Shown here: piece by piece, positions 38,760 through 48,971 of the stretch
Position numbering within the stretch: the first letter of the stretch is position 1
Layout: each line of letters opens with the position of its first letter
IMG/VR virus record: IMGVR_UViG_2643221929_000003
Span: 7,225-71,224 of that record
Direction: 5' to 3' (one strand)
Source of the DNA: a virus
Taxonomy: Duplodnaviria > Caudoviricetes
Length of the DNA stretch: 64,000 nt
The notes under the pieces: generated by a model
Seen by the model: the letters and a program-made list of their open reading frames with translations, nothing else
Databases searched by the model: none
What the model was told of the DNA's origin: nothing
Position numbers and translations under genes: made by a program

Positions 38760-39022
38760 TCGCGGAACCCTGCCATGATCTCGGAGACCCGCCCACCGTT
38801 GACGCCGAAGCGGCGCCCGATGGCGGCGTAGCTCTCTTTGGGATTGTCCGTCGCGTACCGATGGATCTCGATACGCAGCTCCGGGGTCACCTTCTTCGAG
38901 GTGACGGGCGCCCGGCGGACCGGGGGCCGGCGGCGCAGCTCGTCTGCGAGCTGCTCCAGTTCTGCGTCGCCGCTCTCGGCCGCCTTCTCGCGAAGGCGGC
39001 GCATGATCTCCGGGATCGTCAT
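38756..39022 (-). CDS. Small HTH DNA-binding protein
   Basis: SYAAIGRRFGVNGGRVSEI HTH; start 39022. Confidence 0.7.
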   Translation of the reverse strand: MTIPEIMRRLREKAAESGDAELEQLADELRRRPPVRRAPVTSKKVTPELRIEIHRYATDNPKESYAAIGRRFGVNGGRVSEIMAGFRE

Positions 39023-39026
39023 GCGG

Positions 39027-41081
39027 TCACCGGACCGGGCAGGCGCCGGTCGAGCAGTCCTCGACCTCCAACAGCTCGGCGGACTTGTCCGCGTCGATGT
39101 CGATGGGCGAGAGCCTGGCGACGTACGCTTCGTACCGTTCGCGGGAGACACACTCCTGCGGGAGGTACTTGAAGCCCAGCTCCTCGGCGGTCGCCAGCGG
39201 GTTGTTGCGCTTCAGGAAGCTCACCCCGACGTACTCGTCCCAGTGCTCCATGAACCAGTCGACCATGGCCGGGATCTCGGCCTCGTCGAAGCTGACGGTG
39301 ATCGAGCAGTTGTGCTGCACGTAGTGGTTCATGAGCAGCCGGTAGCGCTCCAGCTGGCTCACGGCCGGCTCCTGGTTCACCTCCAGGTGCTGACCGTCCT
39401 CGGTCACCACCTCGGTGAACTTCGCCGATGCCGGGTACTCGACCGGCCAGCACACCAGCATGCCGGTGGGGTCGTTCGGGTTCTGCTTCAGGTCGTAGCC
39501 GGCGGCCCGGAAGTTCTCCAGCATCGGGTCGTTGCCGGGGAAGTTGACCCAGTTGAAGATCCACCGGGACAGGGACAGGTGCGCGCCTTCGTGGACCTCG
39601 TCGCCCTCCAGCCCGAGGGCTTTGGACGACGTGCCGGCTGGCTGCACCTGGGTGACGCGCCGCGCGCGCGGCGTGCCGAAGTCGTCGGCCATGCTGTCGG
39701 CGCCGGAGATCGCCGCGTCGCGGACGGCCTCCAGCATCTCGGGGCTCTCGATGCCCTCCCAGGCGACGGCGCCGGTCGGCGACACGCCGCACAGGCGCAG
39801 CAGCTTCTGCATGTCGTTCCACTGCAGCTGCAGGACGCCGTCGCGCATCGAGACGCAGGTCTGGCGGTAGTTCGCCCGGCCGGCGAGGTACTGCGCCCGC
39901 ATCAGGCCCTTCAGGTCACCGTTGAAGCGGTGCCAGACGGTCTGCATCAGGTTGCAGAAGCCCTTGTTGGACAGGAGGATCTCGGCGCAGGGGTTGAGCC
40001 CCTCCATCTCCGGGGCGCGCCGACGGGCGTGCTCGACGTTCACGAAGCCGGGCTCGCCGGTCGGCAGGATCCGGCGCAGCAGCTGCTCGATCACCTCGGC
40101 CGTGGGCTTCTTCATGAAACCGATGGAGTTGTTCGACTGCTCGCGCTGGCCCTGGCCGCGCTCCCAGCGATCCGTCTTGAAGTCGACGTACCAGCCCAGC
40201 TCGGCCAGCAGCTCCTCCCAGGTGGTCGCCTCGGTCTCGATGAGGCAGATCTGCGCCGAGCGGCGCGACGACAGCACGGTGCCGAGCCAGTTGATCACGT
40301 CGATCAGCTCGCCCTTGGTCAGCGTCCGGTGCGCGGCGGCCTGCATGATCGCCGCGATGGCGGCCATGGCCTTGGCCAGCGGCTCCCAGCCTGAAGAGAT
40401 CCAGCCGTAGCCGCGCAGGCGCTTCCCGCCGGGGCGCAGCTCGCTGAAGTCGAGCACCAGCTCGGAGACGCGCGGCTTCTCGCCGAACAGCATGCCGATG
40501 GCCTTGGCCCAGCCCTTGGCGCTGTCGCCGAAGACGATGCGCCAGGTGCCGGCCGCCATGTCGATGTGCTCGGAGCTGTGCTCCTGGCCGCCGCGGTCGG
40601 TGCGCGTGCTCGGCACCACCGTCACGGTCTTGATCGAGCTGGGGAAGCCCGAGAGCAGGCCGGTCACCGGCTTGAAGCCGACGCCGCAGCCGTTCAGCAG
40701 GAGCCAGAAGATGTCGACCAGGTCGGCCGGGGTGTAGGCGACCGAGAACGAGCAGTTGAAGGCGCCCGCGGCGCGCTCGCGTACGAGGGCGGTGCCGCCC
40801 ATCCACTTCACGCGGCCCGACGCCGAGACGCGCTTGGCCTCCATCAGGGCGCGCAGCTCGGACAGCTCGTCCAGCTCGGCCTCGTTGAGGGCGCGCTGCA
40901 GCTGGGTCTCCCACAGCCAGCGCTGGTGCCCGACAACGCGGTCCATGGCCTGGTCCACGGTCTCGAACAGGACACCGTCCTCGTCCAGCGGACGCAGGTA
41001 GGTACGGCGATGCACGAACTGAGCGCGCACCGATGGGAGCTGATTAGTCAACATGATGCTCTGGGGGTTGGATAGGGTCAC
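39027..41081 (-). CDS. nrdJ: Class II (B12-dependent, monomeric RTPR-type) ribonucleotide reductase
   Basis: RRTYLRP, FNCS, GCGVGF, NPCAEIL, CNL, QPAGT, HNCSITV, C-terminal CSTGACPVR; no small-subunit gene. Confidence 0.9.
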   Translation of the reverse strand: MTLSNPQSIMLTNQLPSVRAQFVHRRTYLRPLDEDGVLFETVDQAMDRVVGHQRWLWETQLQRALNEAELDELSELRALMEAKRVSASGRVKWMGGTALVRERAAGAFNCSFSVAYTPADLVDIFWLLLNGCGVGFKPVTGLLSGFPSSIKTVTVVPSTRTDRGGQEHSSEHIDMAAGTWRIVFGDSAKGWAKAIGMLFGEKPRVSELVLDFSELRPGGKRLRGYGWISSGWEPLAKAMAAIAAIMQAAAHRTLTKGELIDVINWLGTVLSSRRSAQICLIETEATTWEELLAELGWYVDFKTDRWERGQGQREQSNNSIGFMKKPTAEVIEQLLRRILPTGEPGFVNVEHARRRAPEMEGLNPCAEILLSNKGFCNLMQTVWHRFNGDLKGLMRAQYLAGRANYRQTCVSMRDGVLQLQWNDMQKLLRLCGVSPTGAVAWEGIESPEMLEAVRDAAISGADSMADDFGTPRARRVTQVQPAGTSSKALGLEGDEVHEGAHLSLSRWIFNWVNFPGNDPMLENFRAAGYDLKQNPNDPTGMLVCWPVEYPASAKFTEVVTEDGQHLEVNQEPAVSQLERYRLLMNHYVQHNCSITVSFDEAEIPAMVDWFMEHWDEYVGVSFLKRNNPLATAEELGFKYLPQECVSRERYEAYVARLSPIDIDADKSAELLEVEDCSTGACPVR

Positions 41082-41098
41082 AAGATATGGTGGCGCAC

Positions 41099-41113
41099 GG
41101 TCCGAAACGTACC
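41099..41113. promoter_or_regulatory. Motif A operator GGTCCG-AAA-CGTACC in extended palindrome
   Basis: Between ligase and RNR; arms extend GGCGCAC...GTGCGCC. Confidence 0.7.
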
Positions 41114-41129
41114 GTGCGCCGGGGGCAAA

Positions 41130-42230
41130 TCAGGCCGCGTCCGCCACCTGATCCGGCCGGTCGAAGTCGATGGCCACGGGGAAGCGCGGCATGCCGTCCA
41201 GGGTCGGCGTGAAGTACCGGATCGTCACCACCTTCGGCTTCGGCCGGGCCAGCAGCTCCTTGGCCTGCTCGGCCGTCCCGCGGATGCCGCCGCCGCACTC
41301 GCGACCGTCCGGCAGGCGGAAGCGGACCTTCTTGGCGAGCCCGGCCCAGTTGCCGTTGCCCTCCTCGATGGCGATCAGCGGGAACTCGGCAGTCTCGAAC
41401 TCCTTCCGCTTCAGCAGGTTCTTCGAGCGCTTGCGCTCGTACTCGGCATCGAGGCGGATGATCTGGCCCTCGTAGCCGGCGGCCAGGTAGGAGCCGTAGG
41501 CGGTGTCGAGCTGCTCGATGCCGCTCACCTCGACGGTCGGCACCAGCACGATCTCCGGCGCGCCGAGGTTGTCGACGAACAGTTCCAGCGCGCGATAGCG
41601 GTCACCGAAGTTCTTCCCGGGACGGTACAGATCGTACACATGGAACTGGGCAACAGAAGCCGCCTCGGCGATGTCTGCGTCCGTGGGCTTCGACTTCCGC
41701 AGGACCGACATCAGCTTGTTGAAGTTGTCCCGCAGCTCGTGATTGTAGAGTTCGCCGTCGATCTCCAGGTCCGGCGTGTTGATGAAGGCCGGCGCCAGGC
41801 TGGCGAAGATGTGCGGGCACGACAGGATCGGCTTGCCGGTCCGGCTCCACATGCCGTGGCGGTTCACCTTGCAGCGCATGCCGTCGAGCTTCGGCTGCGA
41901 GAACACCGCGCCCGAGAACACGGGGAAGCCCTCGAACTTGTGCGCCAGCATGACCTTGCCGCCGCAGTCGCGGGGCTCGTCCACGCCCTCGATGGTCAGC
42001 GCGTAGTCCTTATCGAGCTTCTTGCCCATCTCGGCCTCGGCCTCGAACAGCGCCTGCGCGGCGGCCGTGTCGCGGCTCTTCGGCACGCAGGTCGTCCAGC
42101 CGGACGTCACCAGCTGGCCATCGAGCAGGCCACTCTGCGAGCGCCAGCAGCCGCTCACCTGGTCGACCTGGTACTGCCAGACGCGGATGCCGCCGCTGGC
42201 GTCACGCTTGTAGATCTTGGGTCCGTGCAT
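41130..42230 (-). CDS. ATP-dependent DNA ligase
   Basis: QPKLDGMRC, IDGELY, FHVYD, YEGQIIR, LLKRK, PRFP motifs; start 42230. Confidence 0.9.
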   Translation of the reverse strand: MHGPKIYKRDASGGIRVWQYQVDQVSGCWRSQSGLLDGQLVTSGWTTCVPKSRDTAAAQALFEAEAEMGKKLDKDYALTIEGVDEPRDCGGKVMLAHKFEGFPVFSGAVFSQPKLDGMRCKVNRHGMWSRTGKPILSCPHIFASLAPAFINTPDLEIDGELYNHELRDNFNKLMSVLRKSKPTDADIAEAASVAQFHVYDLYRPGKNFGDRYRALELFVDNLGAPEIVLVPTVEVSGIEQLDTAYGSYLAAGYEGQIIRLDAEYERKRSKNLLKRKEFETAEFPLIAIEEGNGNWAGLAKKVRFRLPDGRECGGGIRGTAEQAKELLARPKPKVVTIRYFTPTLDGMPRFPVAIDFDRPDQVADAA

Positions 42231-42441
42231 CGTGCTGCTCCCTGATGGATCGGATCTGCGCGGCGAGGTCAGCCTCGACGAGGGCCGCGAAGATGGTGGC
42301 GGTCGCGGTGATCTGGGCGGCGGCGAGGGCCGCCCGATCACCGGACGATGGGTAGAGCCGGTCCGGCATCGCCTTCATCGTGGCCTCGCGGGCGAGGATG
42401 ACGGCGTCGTCGAACAGGCGTTGCGTATGCGGCCAGGTCAT
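42202..42441 (-). CDS. Hypothetical protein
   Basis: MTWPHTQRLF..., ATGA overlap with the polymerase stop. Confidence 0.55.
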   Translation of the reverse strand: MTWPHTQRLFDDAVILAREATMKAMPDRLYPSSGDRAALAAAQITATATIFAALVEADLAAQIRSIREQHDARTQDLQA

Positions 42442-45377
42442 GCGGCCTCCCGCATACGGATGCGGGCCTCCTTGAGGTATGCGACCACGTCCAGGATCCC
42501 CTGGTCGTTCAGGCGCTTGCCGGCGCGCTCCTCGCCGACGACCGCGGCGTCCGGCTCGAACAGCTCGATCTGGCCGCCGAAGGCCTTCTTGCCGTTCCAG
42601 GGCTCGAAGGTGACGCCGATGGCCGGCGAGCTGTCGAGCTTGCACCGTTTGAAGATGTCGCCGTGGTCGACCATGATCCGGTGCGCGTCGCGGACGAACG
42701 GCACCACCAGGTCCTGGTGGACCGACCAGACCAGCTCATCGTGGATGGGGACGAGGAACCGGAACTCGCGGTCGGTCCAGCCGAGCGAGCGGAAGTGCTG
42801 GATCGTGCGGACGATGGAGCGCTTCGCCAGCGTGGCGCACGTCCCCTGAATGAGGGCGTTCACCGTCTGGTTGCCGGCCCGCTTCTGGATCTTCCGCATG
42901 ATCCAGCGCATCACGGCGTTGAAGTTCTCGCTGCCGAGCGTCTGCAGCAGGAACTTGTCGCACCAGTCCTGGGCCCAGAGGTTGGTCGCCTCGTAGCGCC
43001 AGTAGCGATGCCCGTCCGGCAGCGTGACGAACCCGGCCATGTTCACGTCCGAGATCTGCTGGACGCGCCAGGCCTCGGCCACCGGGAACTGGGCCCGGTA
43101 GGCCTCGGTCGCGTCGGCCGTCTTCTGCTGCGACCACCCCGCGCGCTCGCCGATGGTGGCGAGCCAGCCGGAGTAGAAGTAGTTGAAGTTGGCCTCCTTC
43201 CCGAAGACGGTCCGCCAGTAGCCGTAGGCCTTCTCGGCCACGAGCAGCTCGCCCTTCAGGTTGGTCATCAGGCGCGGCAGCCGGTCGGCTTCGCCCTTGT
43301 GCGCCTCCAGCCACTCCGGCCAGCTCGACATGCCCTTGAGCGTCTTGAACAGTCCGAGGTTCATGCCGGGGCAGTCGAGCGTCAGGAGCGCGGTCGCGGT
43401 GCCGGCGTGCAGATCCTGGTGCGGGATCTGGCCGAAGGCCTTGAAGAACTCCGGGTCGCCGGAGAACTCGCCGATCTCCACCAGCTCCACGCCCGACCAG
43501 TCGAGCGACACGATGAGGTGGTCGTCGTGGTCACCGAGGTAGAAGCCGCGGACGTAGGCGGCCTCGCCGCGCTTGCCGAGCTGCATCGGGTTCGGGTTCG
43601 AGCCCGCCATCCGGCGTGTCGCGAGCAGCGACGTGACGGACGGGTACATGCGCCCGGTCTCGGGGTCGGTGAGCATGCCGTAGGGGGTGAGGAACAGCTT
43701 CATGCGCTGCTCGACGCCCGACAGCCGGTTCAGGCAGTCGATCACCTGGAGCGCGTGGCGGTTGTGGTAGACTGCGAACGGCTCCAGGTCCTCGCGCGCC
43801 GGCTTCTCGGCCGCCTCGATGCGGGCCCACCGAGCGTCGTTCTCGTCGAACACCACCTTGGCCGCCAGCGCGTCCTCACCGCCGGCCTGCATGCGGATCG
43901 CCAGCTCGGACTGGATGCCGTTGAAGGCGTCGATCAGCTCGGCCTTCGAGAGGTGCTTGCCGTCCTTCAGCCGGTCGACGATGCGCCCGCGGGCCTCGCC
44001 GTCCGAGGCCACCTTGCCCTTCGAGATCACGACGTGGCAGCCTAGCAGGTCGTAGAGGACCGTGCGGACCGGCATGTAGTGGGCGAGGTTCACGCCCGTG
44101 AGCGTCTTCTCGTTGACGCCGTTCTCGGCCGCCCAGCCGTTCGTCACCGGCCCGCGGACCTGCAGCAGCTGCTGGTAGTCGTCGTCGCTGTCCGGCGCGT
44201 CGAGCCAGGCCTGCACGCGCTCGCGGTACTTGGGCCAGCCCATGACCCCGTCCTTATTGGGGCCGTACCACTTCTCGTACCGCAGCAGCTTCTCGTTCGG
44301 CCCCTCGGGCCAGGTGAAGTGCTGCGCGGCGGCCTTCATCTCCCGGAGGATCTGCGCCGCGACCGCGCGCTCGGTCTCGGTGCGCTGCCGGATCGCCGGC
44401 GCGTTCACCCGCATGCCGCCGATGGCGATGCTGGCGAACACCGCCGGCATCACGTTCTCCTGGGTGAAGAACGTGTTGACCAGCTGGGTCCCGCCGTTGC
44501 GGATCATGTAGGTGAGGAGGTGCCGGAACAGGCGCACCGCCCAGTAGGCGTCGTCGGCACCGTAGGCCGCGACCTGCTCACCGGTCACCAGGCCCATGTG
44601 GGCCTCGCCGTCCAGGGTCTCCTCGAACGTCCGCATCTGGACGCCGAAGTGGCTCTTCACCGCCTGCTTCAGGCCGTAGCCGTAGGCGATGGAGCTGACG
44701 AAGCCGTTCCAGGAGAACGCGGCCTTCGAGGACTTGCCGATGATCTTGAACACCAGCTCGGAGAGGGCCGGCGACATCTCGCCGGTCTCCTTGTTCCAGC
44801 CGGTGGTCGAGGCGCGGATGAGCTGGTCGACGAGGGTGCCGATGGCGCCCTGGCCGGCGGCCCGCCAGGCGTCCATGCTGTAGGTGTCCGGGCCGTAGGC
44901 CGAGACCGCCTGCGTCATGGTGCAGATGATCGAGCCGGGCCGGAAATCGAAGTCGAGCACGGCCTTGCAGACCGTCTGCTCGAACGCCGAGTTGTGGGCG
45001 ATGAAGTAGCTGCCCTCGGGCAGGCAGCCCAGGAGGTCGCCCAGGACGTCAATCGGCAGCCGGTTCTCGACGTCGGCGTGGCCGAAGTTGATGTAGTAGG
45101 CCCGGTCGGGCTGCTCTTCCGAGTAGAACGAGGCACCACAGATGATGGTTCGGCGCCAGTCGAAGACGGTTCGACTGGTCTTAGACTTGAAGCCCTCGTC
45201 GTTATATTTGCAGTAACGGTTGATGCCGTCGTGGCGGTTGCTGTCCTCGGTCTCCAGATCGAAGCCGATGAACTCGGAGCGCTGGATCAGCTCGGCGATC
45301 TCGGCGATCACCTCCGGGTTGCGGGCATCGACCAGGACGGTTTGCGGCTCGACGGCCACGGGGGAGTGGGCGTTCAT
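42438..45377 (-). CDS. Family A DNA polymerase with 3'-5' exonuclease
   Basis: FDLET, AHNSAFE, YGADD exo motifs; NPNPMQ, DWSGVE (motif A), NALIQGT, IHDELV (motif C). Confidence 0.9.
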   Translation of the reverse strand: MNAHSPVAVEPQTVLVDARNPEVIAEIAELIQRSEFIGFDLETEDSNRHDGINRYCKYNDEGFKSKTSRTVFDWRRTIICGASFYSEEQPDRAYYINFGHADVENRLPIDVLGDLLGCLPEGSYFIAHNSAFEQTVCKAVLDFDFRPGSIICTMTQAVSAYGPDTYSMDAWRAAGQGAIGTLVDQLIRASTTGWNKETGEMSPALSELVFKIIGKSSKAAFSWNGFVSSIAYGYGLKQAVKSHFGVQMRTFEETLDGEAHMGLVTGEQVAAYGADDAYWAVRLFRHLLTYMIRNGGTQLVNTFFTQENVMPAVFASIAIGGMRVNAPAIRQRTETERAVAAQILREMKAAAQHFTWPEGPNEKLLRYEKWYGPNKDGVMGWPKYRERVQAWLDAPDSDDDYQQLLQVRGPVTNGWAAENGVNEKTLTGVNLAHYMPVRTVLYDLLGCHVVISKGKVASDGEARGRIVDRLKDGKHLSKAELIDAFNGIQSELAIRMQAGGEDALAAKVVFDENDARWARIEAAEKPAREDLEPFAVYHNRHALQVIDCLNRLSGVEQRMKLFLTPYGMLTDPETGRMYPSVTSLLATRRMAGSNPNPMQLGKRGEAAYVRGFYLGDHDDHLIVSLDWSGVELVEIGEFSGDPEFFKAFGQIPHQDLHAGTATALLTLDCPGMNLGLFKTLKGMSSWPEWLEAHKGEADRLPRLMTNLKGELLVAEKAYGYWRTVFGKEANFNYFYSGWLATIGERAGWSQQKTADATEAYRAQFPVAEAWRVQQISDVNMAGFVTLPDGHRYWRYEATNLWAQDWCDKFLLQTLGSENFNAVMRWIMRKIQKRAGNQTVNALIQGTCATLAKRSIVRTIQHFRSLGWTDREFRFLVPIHDELVWSVHQDLVVPFVRDAHRIMVDHGDIFKRCKLDSSPAIGVTFEPWNGKKAFGGQIELFEPDAAVVGEERAGKRLNDQGILDVVAYLKEARIRMREAA

Positions 45378-45387
45378 CGGGACCTCC

Positions 45388-46197
45388 TCAGTGCATGAAG
45401 CGGCGCAGGATCGCGTCGCCCGCAGCGGCGTCCTCGGTCCCGGAGGCGAGGTAGCGGTGCCAGTCGTCCGGCATCGGCAGGAAGCCGACGATCTGCCAGA
45501 AGGCGCGCAGCAGCTCGGCCTGCTCGGGCAGACACATCCGAGCGGCCATGGCCTCCTTCACGCCCGCGGCGACGAACAGGGTGTCGTCGGGCTGGCCGGC
45601 GACGAGCGCGTCCATGGCGAGCTGCAGGGCGGCGTAGTCGCAGGCCACGAAGGCCTTGGGGCCGAAGCCCTTCATCCCCGGGATCTTGTCCGAGGGGTCG
45701 CCGCACAGCGCCTTGTAGAGGCGGATGCGGGCCGGCGGGACCGTCACGTCCTTGGAGTGGTCGGCCGGATCGAGCACCACCTTGAGCGGCTTCACGTCGA
45801 CCAGGACGCGGTCCTGCTGCAGCGCCAGGAGATCGCGGTCGATGGTGTGGACCCGGACGTCCTGGGTGGTGCCGTAGGTGTGGCAGAGGTGGGCGATGAC
45901 GTCGTCCGCCTCGCGGCCCGGGACCGCCACCTGGATCGCCCGGGTGTGGCGCAGGGCATCCCGGGTCAGGTCGATCAGCGACCGCACGCCGTCCATCAGG
46001 GACGAGGGCCGGTCCTTGTAGCCCGGGAAGATCTCGCGCCGGGCCTTGATCGAGCCGGCGCCCTCGAAGACCCACACGGCCACGTCCGCGGCCGGGAGGG
46101 ATAGCATCTCGGTGAACACCGTCCGCGGCCCGCGGCCGAGGTGGTCGGTGTCGAAGCGGCGGCGCAGGACCGCCATGCCGTCGTAGATGTGGATCAT
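45388..46197 (-). CDS. 5'-3' exonuclease / flap endonuclease
   Basis: YDG, EADD, TIDRDL, GDPSDKIPGMKGFGPK motifs. Confidence 0.9.
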   Translation of the reverse strand: MIHIYDGMAVLRRRFDTDHLGRGPRTVFTEMLSLPAADVAVWVFEGAGSIKARREIFPGYKDRPSSLMDGVRSLIDLTRDALRHTRAIQVAVPGREADDVIAHLCHTYGTTQDVRVHTIDRDLLALQQDRVLVDVKPLKVVLDPADHSKDVTVPPARIRLYKALCGDPSDKIPGMKGFGPKAFVACDYAALQLAMDALVAGQPDDTLFVAAGVKEAMAARMCLPEQAELLRAFWQIVGFLPMPDDWHRYLASGTEDAAAGDAILRRFMH

Positions 46198-46595
46198 TGG
46201 CGGGCGTCCCAGCTGCGCGGCGGCTGCCGGAAGCGCGGGTCGCGGCGGCGGCGCGCGGCGCCCCGACGCTCGGCGATCTCAACGGCGGCCCACCACAGGA
46301 GCGCGCAGATCGCGCTGATGACGAAGGCGTAGAGGAAGAAGATGCCCAGCTTCGTGAGCACCCAGCCGGTCAGCGGCACGGGCCAGGCGAGCAGGTAGGC
46401 CCAGCTCCAGAGGCTCTCGACCTCGAAGCGCGGGCCGATCAGCCAGGCGTGGACCAGGGCTCCGACGCCCAGGTACTTCGCCACGCTGAACAGGTGCCGG
46501 GCGAGCGGCCGGCGGTTGATGGAGGCCTCGCTGCAGAGGCGCGAGAAGGTCTCGCGGTCGACGATGATGGTGGATGGCTTCTGGTTCTCGTTCAC
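46194..46595 (-). CDS. Membrane protein
   Basis: GTG 46595 with GAGGTG RBS; three hydrophobic segments; motif A at 46607-46621 just upstream. Confidence 0.6.
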   Translation of the reverse strand: MNENQKPSTIIVDRETFSRLCSEASINRRPLARHLFSVAKYLGVGALVHAWLIGPRFEVESLWSWAYLLAWPVPLTGWVLTKLGIFFLYAFVISAICALLWWAAVEIAERRGAARRRRDPRFRQPPRSWDARQ

Positions 46596-46624
46596 GGCGG
46601 CACCTCGGTACGAAACGGACGGAC

Positions 46625-46657
46625 AAAAAAGCCCGTGCCTCGGGCGAGACACGGGCT
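46625..46657 (-). terminator. Rho-independent terminator
   Basis: Minus strand AGCCCGTGTCTCG-CC-CGAGGCACGGGCT followed by TTTTT. Confidence 0.85.
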
Positions 46658-46690
46658 GTCAGTCAGGGCGGCGTCAGCCGCCGGTCGGGC

Positions 46691-47383
46691 TTAGGCAGCC
46701 TTCTTGCCGCCCTTGGCGCCGGCCTCGTCGATCACCTCGTAGCCGAACACGCCGTAGTCCTGGCCCGAGCCCTTCTTCGGCACGGCGATCAGCCGGACCT
46801 TGAACGGGGTGTCGGTGCCGACCTTCGGGAACTGCTCCTTCAAGAAGGCGCCGAACGCCTTGGCGTTCATGTACGAGAGCGAGAGGCCGACGACGGTGCC
46901 GGCGGCGAGCGGGCCACCCTCCTTGCGGGAGTAGTCGGAGAGCAGCCGGACCGGCAGCTCGATCAGATCGGACGGGTAGGAGTTGCCGTCCATCTTCTTC
47001 GCGTCCGCGATCACGGCGGACCAGTTCTGGCGCGACCGGGCCTCGGTCACACCGTCCCACGAGGTGAGGTACTGCACGCCCGAGGGGGTGTTCACGCGCA
47101 GGACGAAGCCGGCCTTGGCGTCCTTGAAGGCCATCTCGACCTCCACGGCGTCGTGGAGCTGCTTGTCCTTGCCGAACCGGATGCCGAGGTCGGAGACCGA
47201 GAGGTAGACCTCCACGTTCATGGAGGCGCTCTCCATGAACTGCATCAGGGAGCGCGGGGCGGCCGGAGCAGCGGCCGGGACGCTCGCGGCGGGCGCGGCG
47301 GCAGGAACACTGGCAGTCTGGGTGGGGGTCTCGGCGGCGGCGGTCTCGGCGGCGGCGAGAGCGCGGGCGATGGCGTCGGTCAT
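46691..47383 (-). CDS. Abundant replication-region protein, possibly ssDNA-binding
   Basis: 230 aa, Ala/Pro N-terminal tail, strong codon bias, own terminator, between helicase and exonuclease; function is positional inference. Confidence 0.5.
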   Translation of the reverse strand: MTDAIARALAAAETAAAETPTQTASVPAAAPAASVPAAAPAAPRSLMQFMESASMNVEVYLSVSDLGIRFGKDKQLHDAVEVEMAFKDAKAGFVLRVNTPSGVQYLTSWDGVTEARSRQNWSAVIADAKKMDGNSYPSDLIELPVRLLSDYSRKEGGPLAAGTVVGLSLSYMNAKAFGAFLKEQFPKVGTDTPFKVRLIAVPKKGSGQDYGVFGYEVIDEAGAKGGKKAA

Positions 47384-47426
47384 GTGAAATTCCTAACTTC
47401 GATTGCGTTGCGGACTGGAACTTGCC

Positions 47427-47530
47427 GGTACGTTTCGTACCGACAGACATCGAGATAGACGGGGATCTGCTAGTTGTCCAGCCCGTCTACCGCGATTGGT
47501 GAGGCCGCGGCATTCTGTCCGTTTCGGACC
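47427..47530. promoter_or_regulatory. Two motif A operators flanking an ACTAGCAGATC element
   Basis: GGTACG-TTT-CGTACC 47427-47441; TGTCCG-TTT-CGGACC 47516-47530; GATCTGCTAGT 47464-47474. Confidence 0.7.
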
Positions 47531-47533
47531 AAG

Positions 47534-48940
47534 CTACCAGGGCAAAGCGACACGACCGCGCTCGACCTGCGTGGCATCCTGCGACTTCCGCTTGGTCAGA
47601 CGCATGATGTGCTGGTCGATGCTGTCGAGATAGGTGTAGACCTTGATGCGAAGTGCAGACCGCCGGGCCTGACGCATCGCGCGCTTGTAGGCCTGGAAGA
47701 ACGCAGTGTCCTGGTAGTCCATCGAGACGAAGAACACGTCCTGGACTTCCTTTGCACCACAGAACTGCCAGTTGTACCCACAGTCCGCGACCTGCGGTGA
47801 GCCAATGATTGTATCCAGCTCGCCGGACCGGAAGCCACGGTCGATCTTGGCGGCCTGCGCCGGGGACACCTCGCCGTTGATGATGCCGGCGCGCCGGCCG
47901 AGCCGGACGGCGTGCTCGAACATCTGCTTCTGCTGCGGGACGAGCGCCGCGTAGGCCAGCATCGGCCGGCCGAGCCCGGTCATCTTTTCGCAGTCGTCGA
48001 TGAACTCCGAGAGCTTGCCGGGCGTCTCCCCGCGACAGATGTCCACCGTGCCGATCCCGCCCTCCATCAGGTTCGGGAAGACGTTCGGGTGCTCCATGAT
48101 CTGGCGCGCCCGAGTGAAGGCGACGCCGGGCTTGGTGCCGTCGATGAAGAAGTTCTCCAGCTCCAGGATCGCCTCGTCGCGGAAGCGGTCGTAGGCGGCG
48201 CGCTGGCGCTCATTCATCGGCGTGCGGGACACCTCGACCACGATCTCCTCGGGCCCGTGGACGTCCGTCCAGAGGCGCTTGATGGAGTGCTTCGAGAGGA
48301 TCGCCTCCAGTCGGTCGAGGTTGCAGTGGCCGGTGACCTTGCCGGTCCACGGATCCACGATGTCGTGCATCATGCTGAAGGCCTCGGGCGTCCCGTAGTA
48401 GCGGGGCTCGATGATCTGCAGCGCCGGGTAGACCGTGCTCGGCCGGCCATTGTAGGCCGTGCCGGTCATCGGCACGAACCACAGGTCCTCGCCGCGCCGC
48501 TGGCACCAGCGGTACAGCGCCTGGGTGCGCTTGCTCTCGTGGCCCCCGAAAGCCTTGTGCCACTCGTCGATGTCGATGGCCTTGTAGTCGAGCGAGATGT
48601 CCTCGGCGCACATCTCGAACCGCTTGTAGCCCATGAGCAGCAGCTTCGCGCCGCTGTTCAGGGCCTGGAAGCACTCCTCCGGCGAGCCGTCCACGATGGC
48701 GACGTCGCCGATCTGCCACTCGCCCCAGAGCATGGCCTCGTCGAAGTTCTTGTCGAGCAGCTTCATGGGCATCAGCCACACGCTCTTATGGCCGTGCTTG
48801 TCCCAGCGAGCCCGCTGCAGGACGCAGATGGTCGGCGTCTTGCCAGTGCCGGGCTCGCCGCCGTGGATGCACTTCCGCTCCTGGAAGAACAGGCGGCCCA
48901 GGTCCTGGATCTGGTCAGGTCGAAGTTCTCGATCTGGCAT
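47534..48940 (-). CDS. SF2 (SNF2-like) helicase
   Basis: LRPDQ, PGTGKT, DEWH, MTGT, QAYKRAMR motifs. Confidence 0.85.
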   Translation of the reverse strand: MPDRELRPDQIQDLGRLFFQERKCIHGGEPGTGKTPTICVLQRARWDKHGHKSVWLMPMKLLDKNFDEAMLWGEWQIGDVAIVDGSPEECFQALNSGAKLLLMGYKRFEMCAEDISLDYKAIDIDEWHKAFGGHESKRTQALYRWCQRRGEDLWFVPMTGTAYNGRPSTVYPALQIIEPRYYGTPEAFSMMHDIVDPWTGKVTGHCNLDRLEAILSKHSIKRLWTDVHGPEEIVVEVSRTPMNERQRAAYDRFRDEAILELENFFIDGTKPGVAFTRARQIMEHPNVFPNLMEGGIGTVDICRGETPGKLSEFIDDCEKMTGLGRPMLAYAALVPQQKQMFEHAVRLGRRAGIINGEVSPAQAAKIDRGFRSGELDTIIGSPQVADCGYNWQFCGAKEVQDVFFVSMDYQDTAFFQAYKRAMRQARRSALRIKVYTYLDSIDQHIMRLTKRKSQDATQVERGRVALPW

Positions 48941-48971
48941 GCTACAACCCTCGGTAGCTAGGGAGTGAATA

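Noticed and set aside
31062-45377. Definite Z-base (2-aminoadenine) genome system
   Set aside because: No PurZ/adenylosuccinate synthetase-like gene in the window; kept only as a low-confidence hypothesis.
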